This document shows, piece by piece, positions 1 through 9,226 of a stretch of 64,000 bases of DNA. The notes beneath the pieces are model-generated. The model worked only from the letters and a program-made list of their open reading frames with translations, was not told the DNA's origin and searched no databases. The translations under genes and the position numbers were made by a program. Origin of the DNA: Bacteroidota bacterium (lineage in GTDB: Bacteria; Bacteroidota; Bacteroidia; Chitinophagales; Chitinophagaceae); assembly GCA_023418315.1 (NCBI GenBank), contig JAEZZY010000019.1:11574-75573 (forward strand), read 5' to 3'. Numbering within the stretch: the first letter of the stretch is position 1; every line of letters starts with the position of its first letter.

Positions 1-1306
1 TCAGCGATTGAATGCTGTCGGTTTGCACATTTGCATCTATCAACCCTCTGCCTGCCAGATACGGTTTTTGCATGGCTGCCAGTCCCATCATGCTGCCGAT
101 GGCTTCGTGATAGGCTCGGTTGGCTCCTCCGCGCAGCAGAGGCGGCACATCGGGATTGGTATAGGTAAGGTAGTAGTAGATATGTCCCAGCTCATGGTTG
201 GCTGTTTCCCACCATTCAGCGTTGGGTTCTACGCTCATCAGGCTGCGCACATCATGGTTGAGATCTATATGCCAGGCGGAGGCATGATTGTTCTTTTTTA
301 CGTTGCTATCATTAGGGTAAGGGTATAGGCTTGACTTGCTCCAGAAGGTTTCCGGTAAGGAAGGAAAACCGATACTTGTATAGAGTTTCTCACCTTCTTT
401 TACGATCCATTCTTTGCTTTTGGTACTCAGCACCTTGTCTAAGTCTATACCGGCTACGCTCACGGCGCTGCTCCAGTCTTGTCCCCATCGGTTGGTGAGC
501 CAGTGTGCGGGCAGGTAATCCGGTACTTCTTTTTGTCCGTATTTTTTTGCCAGTTCATAGCGCATCCAGGTGTGTAGTTCGCGGTAGAGGGGGTAGAGTT
601 CGTTCATCAGCCTGTCCATCGTTTGCATCATTTCATCCGTCTTCATATTGTAGTCGGACACTTGATAGCTGAAATAATCATCATACCCTAATTCCTTTAC
701 TGTTTGGTTACGGAGGTTACGCAGGTTCACTAATCCTGATTTCAACGTTTTTCCCACTTCTTTACTGGCATTCCATGCTACAAGGCGTTTGTCTAAATCG
801 GTTTCTTTTTTCAGACTTTCATCTATATCGTTGGTGCTTACTTTTTTGCCGTTCAGCATATATTGAAAGCCATAGAGCTTTTGTGTTTGTTCATTTTCGG
901 CTTTGATGCGTTCCTTTACTACATCGGCTATGGTTTGCGGATTATTAGCGGCAGCATAGAGGATCATTTCAAATTGTTTTACCTGCTTGGCATCCAGCTT
1001 GCTTTTATCGGCAAGAAATTTCTTAGCGGCTTCAATATTTTCTTTGCTGCCGGTGAAGGCGGCCATTGCTTCATCCGCTTTTCGCGCATTATAGGAGTTT
1101 GTGGTATCGCCTTCTATGATTTCCGTATTGGCTTTCCATTGCGCTTCGGAGGTTTGGCTATAGAGCGTTACAAATTCTTGGGTGTATTGATCCAGAAATT
1201 CCTGCGCTTGTGCACTGGGTGTTTTACCTGCGGATTTTTGATTGGCTTGCTGGCAGCCTATAAAAAGGCTTGCTGCTATCAATAGGGGGAGTGCTATCTT
1301 GTTCAT
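1..1306 (-). CDS. M2-family (ACE-like peptidyl-dipeptidase) zinc metallopeptidase, lipoprotein; 3' end lies outside the window
   Basis: Absent from the ORF track because it is open at the window edge. My minus-strand translation from the ATG at 1306..1304 gives MNKIALPLLIAASLFIGCQQ (lipobox). It continues AQEFLDQYTQEFVTLYSQTSEAQWKANTEIIEGD (ACE-like N-terminus). A HELGH zinc motif lies at about 182-196. The + ORFs 8..328 and 863..1285 are its antisense shadows. Confidence 0.75.
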   Translation of the reverse strand, partial: MNKIALPLLIAASLFIGCQQANQKSAGKTPSAQAQEFLDQYTQEFVTLYSQTSEAQWKANTEIIEGDTTNSYNARKADEAMAAFTGSKENIEAAKKFLADKSKLDAKQVKQFEMILYAAANNPQTIADVVKERIKAENEQTQKLYGFQYMLNGKKVSTNDIDESLKKETDLDKRLVAWNASKEVGKTLKSGLVNLRNLRNQTVKELGYDDYFSYQVSDYNMKTDEMMQTMDRLMNELYPLYRELHTWMRYELAKKYGQKEVPDYLPAHWLTNRWGQDWSSAVSVAGIDLDKVLSTKSKEWIVKEGEKLYTSIGFPSLPETFWSKSSLYPYPNDSNVKKNNHASAWHIDLNHDVRSLMSVEPNAEWWETANHELGHIYYYLTYTNPDVPPLLRGGANRAYHEAIGSMMGLAAMQKPYLAGRGLIDANVQTDSIQSL

Positions 1307-1330
1307 CAGCTTATATGCTTTTGGTAAAAA

Positions 1331-1359
1331 TAAAAAAAACCCGCCGAGTAATGCGGGTT
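1331..1359 (-). terminator. Rho-independent terminator downstream of the 1382..2116 gene
   Basis: On the minus strand: AACCCGC-attactcg-GCGGGTT followed by a T7-8 run (+ strand A-run 1332-1339). Confidence 0.7.
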
Positions 1360-1381
1360 ATGTAAAGGGTGAAAAATAGTT

Positions 1382-2116
1382 TTAGGGACATTCGTAGGTG
1401 TAAGTAAGGCTTTCGTTCTCCATACCGCCTGAGACCTGCGCCCCTATAATCTTTCCGGCTACGTCATATTGATACGTATATTCTGTAACAATGCCGGCCG
1501 GGCTGATGATAGATTTCAGCAGGTTGTGATTTTCCCATGCCAATGCACCATAGCTAAGGATTTGTGGGGTTTTTATCCTGTCGCCGTCGGCAAAAATTTT
1601 ATCTTCATAATAGGTATAAAGCGTATTTGCCCCCTTGTAGGTGGAAAGCGTAACATTCCCTTCATTATAGACATAGGTAGTAGTGTCTGCCGCTGCATTT
1701 GTAGGCGTAGAGATGTACATAATCATTTGTCCGGCGGAGTTATAGACATAGCTTTTCGTACCGGTTATAGTGCCTCCTCCGTCTTTGTGCGTAATGCTGC
1801 TGATCTTGCCGGAGGCATTGAGCGATACTTCATCCGTTCCTGTTATCTTGTTAGTTCCGTCTTTAGCAACCACGGTAATCCCTCCTTTGGTATAGGTGAA
1901 TGTGCGGGAGTCGTTGATACTGCCTTTACTTGTTATCGCTACCATTTTCCCTTCATCATAGCTGATGACATGGCTGGTGGGAGCGCCTGCAGGAGTAACC
2001 ACCATCCCGTTCATCCTGCATACGGGGTTGGCAGGGTCATCATCCTTATCGCAGGAGGCTATGGAAAGGGATAAACTTCCGAATACTAAGATGGATAATG
2101 CAAATTTGTTTTTCAT
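1382..2116 (-). CDS. Hypothetical lipoprotein with weak YD-like beta repeats
   Basis: Signal peptide plus lipobox (SLSIASCDKDD). Repetitive T/Y/G-rich strands (TFTYTKGGITVV, SYVYNSAGQM, TYVYNEGNVTL, EYTYQYDVAGKI). No family recognised. Confidence 0.6.
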   Translation of the reverse strand: MKNKFALSILVFGSLSLSIASCDKDDDPANPVCRMNGMVVTPAGAPTSHVISYDEGKMVAITSKGSINDSRTFTYTKGGITVVAKDGTNKITGTDEVSLNASGKISSITHKDGGGTITGTKSYVYNSAGQMIMYISTPTNAAADTTTYVYNEGNVTLSTYKGANTLYTYYEDKIFADGDRIKTPQILSYGALAWENHNLLKSIISPAGIVTEYTYQYDVAGKIIGAQVSGGMENESLTYTYECP

Positions 2117-2196
2117 CTGAAACTATTTATTGTTTTTTTTAAAAAAAAGAACAGAAACAACGCGCACCGGATTGCTGTTTTCAGATTTCGGGGCGG

Positions 2197-3474
2197 TTAT
2201 TTATTTTCTTGTACGAAATCTATTAAAAGTTTTGCCAAGTTATCAATATTATTCAAACTTAGGTGCTCTGCGGTATCAAAAATATCATGATAATAGCCTT
2301 TGGCGCCCAGTCCGAAAATAAAAATGGCAGGAACGCCTTTGCTGCTGAAGGAATAGTGGTCGCTGTTGGCAGTCTGCTCCCGTTTATTGATTTTAGGAAG
2401 ATAATTGCTTTTTTTATTCAGCGTATCCAGTAAAGCGAATGCGCGTTCCTGTTCTTGTCCGTTTACTACGGTAATGCCGTTCGTAGCATCGCCGGTCATA
2501 TCCAGGTTGATGACCATCGAGATTTTTTCCATAGGGAAAAGCGGGTGATCTGCATAGTATTGAGAGCCCATCAATCCTGCTTCCTCGCCGCTAAAGCCCA
2601 TGAATGCTACGGAATAAGCGGGAGGATGCTTTGCAAAATAGCTTGCCAGGTAGAGCATGAGCGACGTGCCGCTTGCATTGTCGTGAGCGCCGGGGAAGAG
2701 CGTCCGCCTGCCCATCCTGCCCAGATGATCCAGATGTGCACTGAAGACGATAAAGGAATCGGGCTGTTGCGTACCGGGCACAAAGGCTATAGCGTTTTTA
2801 TTTTCAAAAGCCGGGAAAAATTTGTTTTCCACAGAGGCTGTTATTTTTCGTACCCTCTTACGTAGCACGCTGTCTTCTACGGTGAAAATGGTGGCGGCTA
2901 CGGTATCTTTCGCTACCGACCATATCATTTTGCCTTTCTTGGGAAGAAGAAAGACACCCGGCGATAATTCTTTGGCAAGCGTTCTTCTTCTGAGGTTGAG
3001 GTATTTTACCACCGTGTCGTAGTTTTTGAGCAGGTAGGCATATTCCGGATTGAATGTTTCTTTTACCGCCTGCCACGAGGTGGAATCTTTTACTTTTTTG
3101 AGGTCTATGCTTTTTACTTTTTTCTTGTCCGTTCGCAAGCCACTGCTGCCTTCGTAGATGATATAATCCGCACCGGGTGTCAGTTCCTTTTTATTGAGCT
3201 TTAGGTACATTTCCCCCGGAAAGGTATTGACGGGAAAGCGATAAGATTGGAGGTAGCTGCTGTCTTCCGTAAGAGGCAATAGTCCAAATTCTTTGAACTG
3301 GCGTGCTACGTAATGAGCTGCTTTCTCCGCACCTTTACTTACATAGCCCCTTCCATGAAAGCTGGAGCCGGAGAGCGTGCGTACGAAGTATTTGATCCGT
3401 TTTTTTTCGCTTTGTGCATGGGCGGCAACGGAGCAGAAGAGAAGCAGAAGCAGGATACAATTTTTCATTCGCAT
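2197..3474 (-). CDS. M28-family zinc aminopeptidase (secreted)
   Basis: N-terminal signal peptide. Motifs SAHLDHLG, HDNASGTS, GFSGEEAGLMGS, NLDMTGD and SDHYSF are typical of M28 peptidases. Confidence 0.8.
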   Translation of the reverse strand: MRMKNCILLLLLFCSVAAHAQSEKKRIKYFVRTLSGSSFHGRGYVSKGAEKAAHYVARQFKEFGLLPLTEDSSYLQSYRFPVNTFPGEMYLKLNKKELTPGADYIIYEGSSGLRTDKKKVKSIDLKKVKDSTSWQAVKETFNPEYAYLLKNYDTVVKYLNLRRRTLAKELSPGVFLLPKKGKMIWSVAKDTVAATIFTVEDSVLRKRVRKITASVENKFFPAFENKNAIAFVPGTQQPDSFIVFSAHLDHLGRMGRRTLFPGAHDNASGTSLMLYLASYFAKHPPAYSVAFMGFSGEEAGLMGSQYYADHPLFPMEKISMVINLDMTGDATNGITVVNGQEQERAFALLDTLNKKSNYLPKINKREQTANSDHYSFSSKGVPAIFIFGLGAKGYYHDIFDTAEHLSLNNIDNLAKLLIDFVQENK

Positions 3475-3574
3475 AAATCGCGCTTAAAGATAAAACCATT
3501 CCAGATGAAAAACCCACCATGACGGCGGGCTTTTATTAAGGTTGCTATGGTAAGCAAAAAAATCGAAGGGAAGA

Positions 3575-4012
3575 TTACATCATTTGCGTAACGTTGGCAA
3601 ATTCCATTACATAAACGGCATAGCGTTTAGCATTTTTCACATCGGTTACATTCAGCAGTTCTTTAGAAGCCTCATACAGTCTTTGTTTGCTGTCTATTTT
3701 TCTGGTAAGCAGTGCTTTTTCTTCTTCACTTTTGGCTTTCTTTAAAAAATTTTTGTCGGATTCCAGGCTTTGTTCCATCATTTTTTGTGCTTCGGCATAT
3801 TTGGCTTTCACGCCTGCCAGGTCTTCTTTGGCTATAAGCGCATCCATATCTTCAAACTTACCGTAGATGGCGTTACGTTGTTCTGTCTTTGCTTTGTCAT
3901 ATTCGCTTACTGCCGTAGCTTTTTGACCATCACTGCTTTGTGTTTTTTCGGATTGTGCGAATGCAGCAGTAGAGCATATCAGGATAGAACAGGCTAATAA
4001 AATGCGTTTCAT
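3575..4012 (-). CDS. Secreted helical/coiled-coil hypothetical protein
   Basis: The internal ATG at 4012 gives MKRILLACSILICSTAAFAQ (a clean signal peptide). The track's longer start at 4123 adds a non-signal extension. K/E/A-rich helical sequence. Confidence 0.55.
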   Translation of the reverse strand: MKRILLACSILICSTAAFAQSEKTQSSDGQKATAVSEYDKAKTEQRNAIYGKFEDMDALIAKEDLAGVKAKYAEAQKMMEQSLESDKNFLKKAKSEEEKALLTRKIDSKQRLYEASKELLNVTDVKNAKRYAVYVMEFANVTQMM

Positions 4013-4125
4013 TACTTTAATTTTTTTTAAAAATAAACAATTATCAATAATAACCACTAAGACGGGTGTATAATTATGTTTTAGTTGGGTAAAGTTGCAA
4101 AAAATTTTGTGATTTTTGAACATTC

Positions 4126-4773
4126 ATGCTAAAAAGACACCTTCTTTCTTTCTTATTTCCGGCGCTGTGGGTCTGGAGTTGTTCCTCCCCTCCGCCGCCT
4201 GTAAGCTCTTCCGCAGCGGGGGACGCATATAGGGAAAATCAATTCCTCCGCGACAGCGCTATAAAAATGCTACAGACGGGCGATTTGGTCTTGCGGCTGG
4301 GAAATGATGTTACCAGCTCTATGCTTAGCCAGCTTAATCTGCGGGAAAAAAAATATTCTCATTGCGGTATTGTGGTGGTGGAAGAAGGGAAACCCTATAT
4401 TTACCATTCTATAGGCGGCGAATACAATCCGGACCAGAAGATAAAACGTGAAACGCCCGCACAATGGTTTTCGCCGGATAACAACCTTGCCATCGCCATC
4501 GCCCGCCTTCATATAGATAGCGCGGGTCTGGGCAAAGCCGCAAAAACCGTACAAGCTTATTATAAAGAAGGAAGAAAATTCGATATGGAATTTGACCTGG
4601 CTTCCGACGACCGGCTCTACTGTGCCGAGATGATTTGGAAATCGGTACAAACCGCTATTGACGACAGCGCATTCTTCCCTATCACCACTGCTTTTGGGAG
4701 AAAATACATCGGAATAGACGATCTCTATTACCATCCGCATTCCTCCCTCATTTGCAGGGTGCAATATAAATAG
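4126..4773 (+). CDS. YiiX-like permuted NlpC/P60 (papain-fold) hydrolase
   Basis: Signal/lipobox-like N-terminus. His precedes Cys (YSHCGIVVVEEGKPYIYHS ... RLYCAEMIWKSV), as in permuted papain-like YiiX/C92 enzymes. Confidence 0.6.
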   Translation: MLKRHLLSFLFPALWVWSCSSPPPPVSSSAAGDAYRENQFLRDSAIKMLQTGDLVLRLGNDVTSSMLSQLNLREKKYSHCGIVVVEEGKPYIYHSIGGEYNPDQKIKRETPAQWFSPDNNLAIAIARLHIDSAGLGKAAKTVQAYYKEGRKFDMEFDLASDDRLYCAEMIWKSVQTAIDDSAFFPITTAFGRKYIGIDDLYYHPHSSLICRVQYK

Positions 4774-4810
4774 TACCTTCGCATCCAATTTTTTAAAAAA
4801 TCATTTGACC

Positions 4811-5302
4811 ATGAAAAAATTAGTACTGTCAATTATCGCCTTGCTTGCTGTGGCTATCACGTTCACCGCCTGCAACTCCAACTCGCCCAAAGCCGCAGCG
4901 GATAAATTTCTTACCTCCCTTGCTCACATGGACTATGAAGCGGCTAAAACCGTTTCTACCGAAGACACTAAAAAAATGCTGGATTTGATGGCGCAGTTTT
5001 CTTCTATGATGCCGGATTCCGTGAAAACCGAAGCCAAGAAAATCAAGATCACCATCAAAGACGAAAAAATAGAAGGCGATAACGCTACCGTTACTTATAC
5101 TTCTTCAGAAGACGAAAACAAAAACGAGCATAAACTGAACCTTACTAAAAAGGACGGTCAATGGCTGGTGGTATGGAATAAAGATGAAGCAATGGGTGGA
5201 GGCGATGAAGACCCTGCAACCGACGTCATGTTGGAAGATCCCGAAATGCCTATGGATACTACCGTAGCACCGCCCGCTGATAATACAGAGAGCGCTAATT
5301 AA
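4811..5302 (+). CDS. DUF4878-like lipoprotein
   Basis: MKKLVLSIIALLAVAITFTACNS lipobox. AADKFLTSLAHMDYEAAKTV and ATVTY...LNLTKKDGQWLV resemble DUF4878 proteins. Acidic C-terminal tail. Confidence 0.5.
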   Translation: MKKLVLSIIALLAVAITFTACNSNSPKAAADKFLTSLAHMDYEAAKTVSTEDTKKMLDLMAQFSSMMPDSVKTEAKKIKITIKDEKIEGDNATVTYTSSEDENKNEHKLNLTKKDGQWLVVWNKDEAMGGGDEDPATDVMLEDPEMPMDTTVAPPADNTESAN

Positions 5303-5330
5303 GACGGACTAAAAAAAACTGATTTAATAG

Positions 5331-5360
5331 AATGACCGCCTTGTGCGGTCATTTTCTTTT
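5331..5360 (+). terminator. Rho-independent terminator
   Basis: AATGACCGC-cttgt-GCGGTCATT followed by TTCTTTT. Confidence 0.7.
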
Positions 5361-5408
5361 CCACGCTACCAAGTCGGGTTGGCAAACAATTATTAATTTC
5401 ATCACAGA

Positions 5409-8400
5409 ATGAAACTACTGAACGATCAGCTTTTCCAAAAGCGCTATGACCAACTGAATGCACAGCAAAAAAAAGCGGTGGATACGATTTACGGTCCTGT
5501 GATGGTGATAGCCGGCCCCGGCACCGGAAAAACCGAAGTGCTGGCTATGCGCATCGCTAATCTCCTAAGAAGCGAAGCACAAGTGCGCCCTAACGAAATT
5601 CTCTGCCTCACCTTCACCGACGAAGGTACTGTGGCTATGCGCAAACGCCTTTTACAGATTGTAGGTGAAGCCGCACACCGTGTGCATATTTACACCTTCC
5701 ATGCGTTTTGCAACAATATTATCCAAAGCAATATGGAGCGCTTCGGATTGCGTGATTTGATGCCTATATCCGACTTAGAACGTATGGATATAGTATATGA
5801 AATCATTGAAAATCTGGAAGCAGGTCATTTGCTCAGAAGGCTGAAAGGCGATCTTTTTTATGATGCCAAAAATCTTCTTTCCTTGTTTGACCTAATGAAA
5901 ACCGAAGACTGGAGCGTAGCACACATCAATGAAGAAATAGATGCCTATATCGAAAGCCTGCCGCAGCGTCCGGCGTTTCAATACAAACGAGCCAATTCAA
6001 AAAAAGGAATAAACATAGGCGACCCTAAAGAAGCGGATATAGCGAATGAAACCGGTAAAATGTTGCGCACTCGCGCCGCAGCAAATCTTTATTCGCTTTA
6101 TCAGGCAAAAATGGAAGAAGCAGGACGCTATGATTTTAATGACATGATTCTATGGGTGCTGAATGCTTTTAAAAACCACCCGGATTTTTTGCAGACACAG
6201 CAGGAACGTTTTCAGTTTATTTTGGTGGATGAATTTCAGGATACGAGCGGTGCGCAAAGCGAATTGCTGAATATGCTTGCCGATTATTGGGAAGATCCTA
6301 ACCTGTTTATAGTAGGCGATGATGATCAATCTATTTTTGAATTTCAAGGGGCAAGGCTGAAGAACATCAAAGATTTTTATGAAAAGTATAAGGCAACCAT
6401 CCAGGTAATTGTGCTCAAAGAAAATTACCGTTCCTCACAGCAAATCCTCAACCCCTCTACCCTTACTATAAAACACAATAAACAACGGTTGATTAACGAG
6501 CTGCAACATTTGCAACTGGACAAGGAGATTCTTTCTGCAAATGCCCGTTTTGCAAATGAAGAAACACCGGCTCCCGCATTTACCGAGTATTACAACCAAT
6601 TGCATGAAGAAGCCGAAGTAGTGCAGCAAATCGAACGGTTGCACCAAGCAGGAGTGCCGCTAAATCAGGTAGCTGTTTTGTATGCCCAGCACAAGCAGGC
6701 AACGAATATCATTGACATGCTCGAACGCAAAAAATTGCCTTATTGGGTAAAGCGTCCGGTGAATATTTTAGAGCTGCCTCTGGTGCAACAATTGCTGAAT
6801 GTCTTTCGTTATGTGGATGCAGAACATAGGAAACCCTTTGCTGGAGAAGAATGGATATTTCTGTTATTACACAGTCCGTTTTTTAATGTTTATCCTATTG
6901 ATGTCGCTACACTAAGCCTATATCTTCAATCCAAAACCGCAAAGCATAAACGGTGGCGCTACCTTTTGCAAGACAGTTTGCTTTTGGAAACACTGGAGCT
7001 GAAAAACCCTGCATCCCTCCGAAAGCTGGGCGAAAATCTGGAACAATGGATTGGTGAAGTGCAAACCTTGACCTTGCCTATGCTGCTTCAGAAAGTCTTG
7101 TATGACGGCGGTGTGGTTGCCCACGTGATGAAAGGCGAAGGGCAGATATGGGATATGCAGGTGTTGCATACGTTTTTTGAATTTGTGAAGGAAGAATGTG
7201 ATAAAAAACCTCGGATAAAAATAAGCGATTTTCTGGCTACGCTGGAACGTATGGAAGGTGAAGGAATCAGTTTGCCCATTCAAAAAACCGTGCAGCAGGA
7301 AAACGGCGTGCGCTTCTATACCGCCTTCAGCGCTAAAGGACACGAGTTTGAACATGTGTTTATTATAGGCGTTACCAAAAATTTTTGGGAAGAAAAACGC
7401 GGCGGCAATAGAGGATTTTCCTTGCCGGATACGCTCACCACCTTAGCACAGCAGGAAGAAGAAATAAATAATACGGAAGAAGTTTCACGGCGATTATTTT
7501 ATGTAGCAATGACCCGTGCAAAAAAACATTTGTACATATCTTATGCGCGGCAGGATAATAAGGGAAAAGATATACAGCCCTCTATGTTTGTAGATGCTAT
7601 CAGTGAAGCAAATGCTCGCATTCAACAAGCGGCTTCGGATGAAGAAGTGATGAAACATATCGGCACGCTGTTGCTGCCTGAGCCTTCAACAGAAATTACT
7701 TTAGTGAGAAAGGAATTGCTGGAAAGAAGGTTAGAACATTTTGTCCTGAGCGTGTCGGCTATGAACAAATATTTACGATGCCCATTGTCATTTTATTATG
7801 AATATATCCTTAGGGTTCCGGAAGCCAAATCGGATGCACTGTCGTTTGGAATCGCTATTCACTTTGCTTTGGAACAACTCTTCAAAAAAATGAATGCGGA
7901 TGAACAAAAAAACTTTCCGGCGAAAGAGCAAGTGATAAAAGATTTTTTCTATGCCATGAAACGTGAAGAAGGCTCATTTACTCCGATACAATACGAACGT
8001 AGGTTAGAAATGGGCGAAAAAATATTGAATGAATACTATGAAAAATATATAGGCACGTTCAACAAAATTGTCCTTACAGAGTATAATGTGAATCAAGTAA
8101 CCATCAATGGAGTGCCGGCAAAAGGCAAGCTGGATAAAATAGAATTTATAGGACATGACTGCATCGTTACAGATTACAAAACCGGCAACCCTGATAAGGC
8201 TTCGAGAAAGGAATTGTTAGGCCCGTCTGAGGCAAATCCGCTTGGCGGCGATTACTGGCGACAAATGGTTTTTTATAAATTATTGCTGGATAATTTTCCT
8301 CCCGCATTCGGATGGAAGATGATAGAAGGCGTATTTGATTTTATAGAAATGAACAGCAAAAATGAATATGTGCGGTTTAAAATTCCGATTCAGGAGCATG

Positions 8401-8555
8401 ACCTCACCGTGGTAAAAGAACAGGTAAAAGACGTGTACGACAAAATCATGAATCATGAATTTGATAAAGGGTGCAATGAAGAAAACTGTCGCTGGTGTAA
8501 CTTTGCGAAGAGCTATCAGCTCACGGAAACCCCCGCTACGGAAGCGGAGATATAA
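5409..8555 (+). CDS. UvrD/Rep-family helicase fused to a C-terminal PD-(D/E)XK (RecB/Cas4/AddB-like) nuclease with a Cys4 cluster
   Basis: Walker A AGPGTGKTE, DEFQDTS, VGDDDQSIFEFQGAR and ENYRSS. The C-terminus carries YLRCPLSFYY, DYKTG and CNEENCRWC (a 1+3 Cys pattern as in AddB/Cas4 Fe-S nucleases). Confidence 0.85.
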   Translation: MKLLNDQLFQKRYDQLNAQQKKAVDTIYGPVMVIAGPGTGKTEVLAMRIANLLRSEAQVRPNEILCLTFTDEGTVAMRKRLLQIVGEAAHRVHIYTFHAFCNNIIQSNMERFGLRDLMPISDLERMDIVYEIIENLEAGHLLRRLKGDLFYDAKNLLSLFDLMKTEDWSVAHINEEIDAYIESLPQRPAFQYKRANSKKGINIGDPKEADIANETGKMLRTRAAANLYSLYQAKMEEAGRYDFNDMILWVLNAFKNHPDFLQTQQERFQFILVDEFQDTSGAQSELLNMLADYWEDPNLFIVGDDDQSIFEFQGARLKNIKDFYEKYKATIQVIVLKENYRSSQQILNPSTLTIKHNKQRLINELQHLQLDKEILSANARFANEETPAPAFTEYYNQLHEEAEVVQQIERLHQAGVPLNQVAVLYAQHKQATNIIDMLERKKLPYWVKRPVNILELPLVQQLLNVFRYVDAEHRKPFAGEEWIFLLLHSPFFNVYPIDVATLSLYLQSKTAKHKRWRYLLQDSLLLETLELKNPASLRKLGENLEQWIGEVQTLTLPMLLQKVLYDGGVVAHVMKGEGQIWDMQVLHTFFEFVKEECDKKPRIKISDFLATLERMEGEGISLPIQKTVQQENGVRFYTAFSAKGHEFEHVFIIGVTKNFWEEKRGGNRGFSLPDTLTTLAQQEEEINNTEEVSRRLFYVAMTRAKKHLYISYARQDNKGKDIQPSMFVDAISEANARIQQAASDEEVMKHIGTLLLPEPSTEITLVRKELLERRLEHFVLSVSAMNKYLRCPLSFYYEYILRVPEAKSDALSFGIAIHFALEQLFKKMNADEQKNFPAKEQVIKDFFYAMKREEGSFTPIQYERRLEMGEKILNEYYEKYIGTFNKIVLTEYNVNQVTINGVPAKGKLDKIEFIGHDCIVTDYKTGNPDKASRKELLGPSEANPLGGDYWRQMVFYKLLLDNFPPAFGWKMIEGVFDFIEMNSKNEYVRFKIPIQEHDLTVVKEQVKDVYDKIMNHEFDKGCNEENCRWCNFAKSYQLTETPATEAEI

Positions 8556-8563
8556 ACTGTTGA

Positions 8564-9211
8564 ATGGCGATAAAAAACCACTACCAAACGTTGCGGCTGC
8601 CACCTTCCGCTTCGCAGGAGGAAATTAAAAAAGCATTCAGAAAGCTGGCACACCAGTATCATCCCGATAAAAATGAACTTGCGGGTACGCATAAACTATT
8701 TCTCGAAATTCAGGAAGCATACCGTATTCTTAGCAACCCCATAGCCAAAAAGCGGTATGATGAAGAACGGTATTTTTCGGGCTTTTCTTCATCTCATAAA
8801 ACCGTATCCGTTTCCGCAGAGTCGGTATTGAAACAAGCTGTCGAATTACGGGCTTACACCGTTCATTTATATACGTCGGATATGAATCACCTTGCTCTAT
8901 ACGAATATACACAGCAGCTTCTTTCGGATGTGCATCTGGCTTATCTGGAGCAGGAGGGCAATGAGGAAAAAAATAATCAGATTGTAAAAGAACTTTTACA
9001 GGCGGTAAAAAAACTCCAGTTTTCTTTTTATGAAAAATTCGCCATGCGGTTAGCGGAAATAAAACCCCTCAGCTCAGCTATGCACTCCTTAATCCTGGCA
9101 GAATTGAACGCACGGAGAGAGGAACAACGTTTTAAAAAATGGTTGCCGCTGCTGGTGATGATCACCGTGTTCTTGCTTTGCTTTTTTATGTATCTCTATA
9201 GCCGCCGGTAG
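8564..9211 (+). CDS. J-domain (DnaJ-like) protein with a C-terminal transmembrane anchor
   Basis: YQTLRLPPSASQEEIKKAFRKLAHQYHPDKN (HPD motif). C-terminal hydrophobic helix LPLLVMITVFLLCFFMYLY. Confidence 0.8.
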   Translation: MAIKNHYQTLRLPPSASQEEIKKAFRKLAHQYHPDKNELAGTHKLFLEIQEAYRILSNPIAKKRYDEERYFSGFSSSHKTVSVSAESVLKQAVELRAYTVHLYTSDMNHLALYEYTQQLLSDVHLAYLEQEGNEEKNNQIVKELLQAVKKLQFSFYEKFAMRLAEIKPLSSAMHSLILAELNARREEQRFKKWLPLLVMITVFLLCFFMYLYSRR

Positions 9212-9226
9212 TTGCCGTGCACACCA

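Noticed and set aside
8-1285. The + strand ORFs 8..328 and 863..1285 as genes
   Set aside because: They lie antisense to a continuous minus-strand frame with clear M2-peptidase features (HELGH, ACE-like N-terminus). Their sequences are low-complexity and shadow-like.
3575-4123. The long form (182 aa) of the secreted coiled-coil protein
   Set aside because: The extra 37 N-terminal residues precede a perfect signal peptide that starts at the internal Met (4012), so the short form is more plausible.
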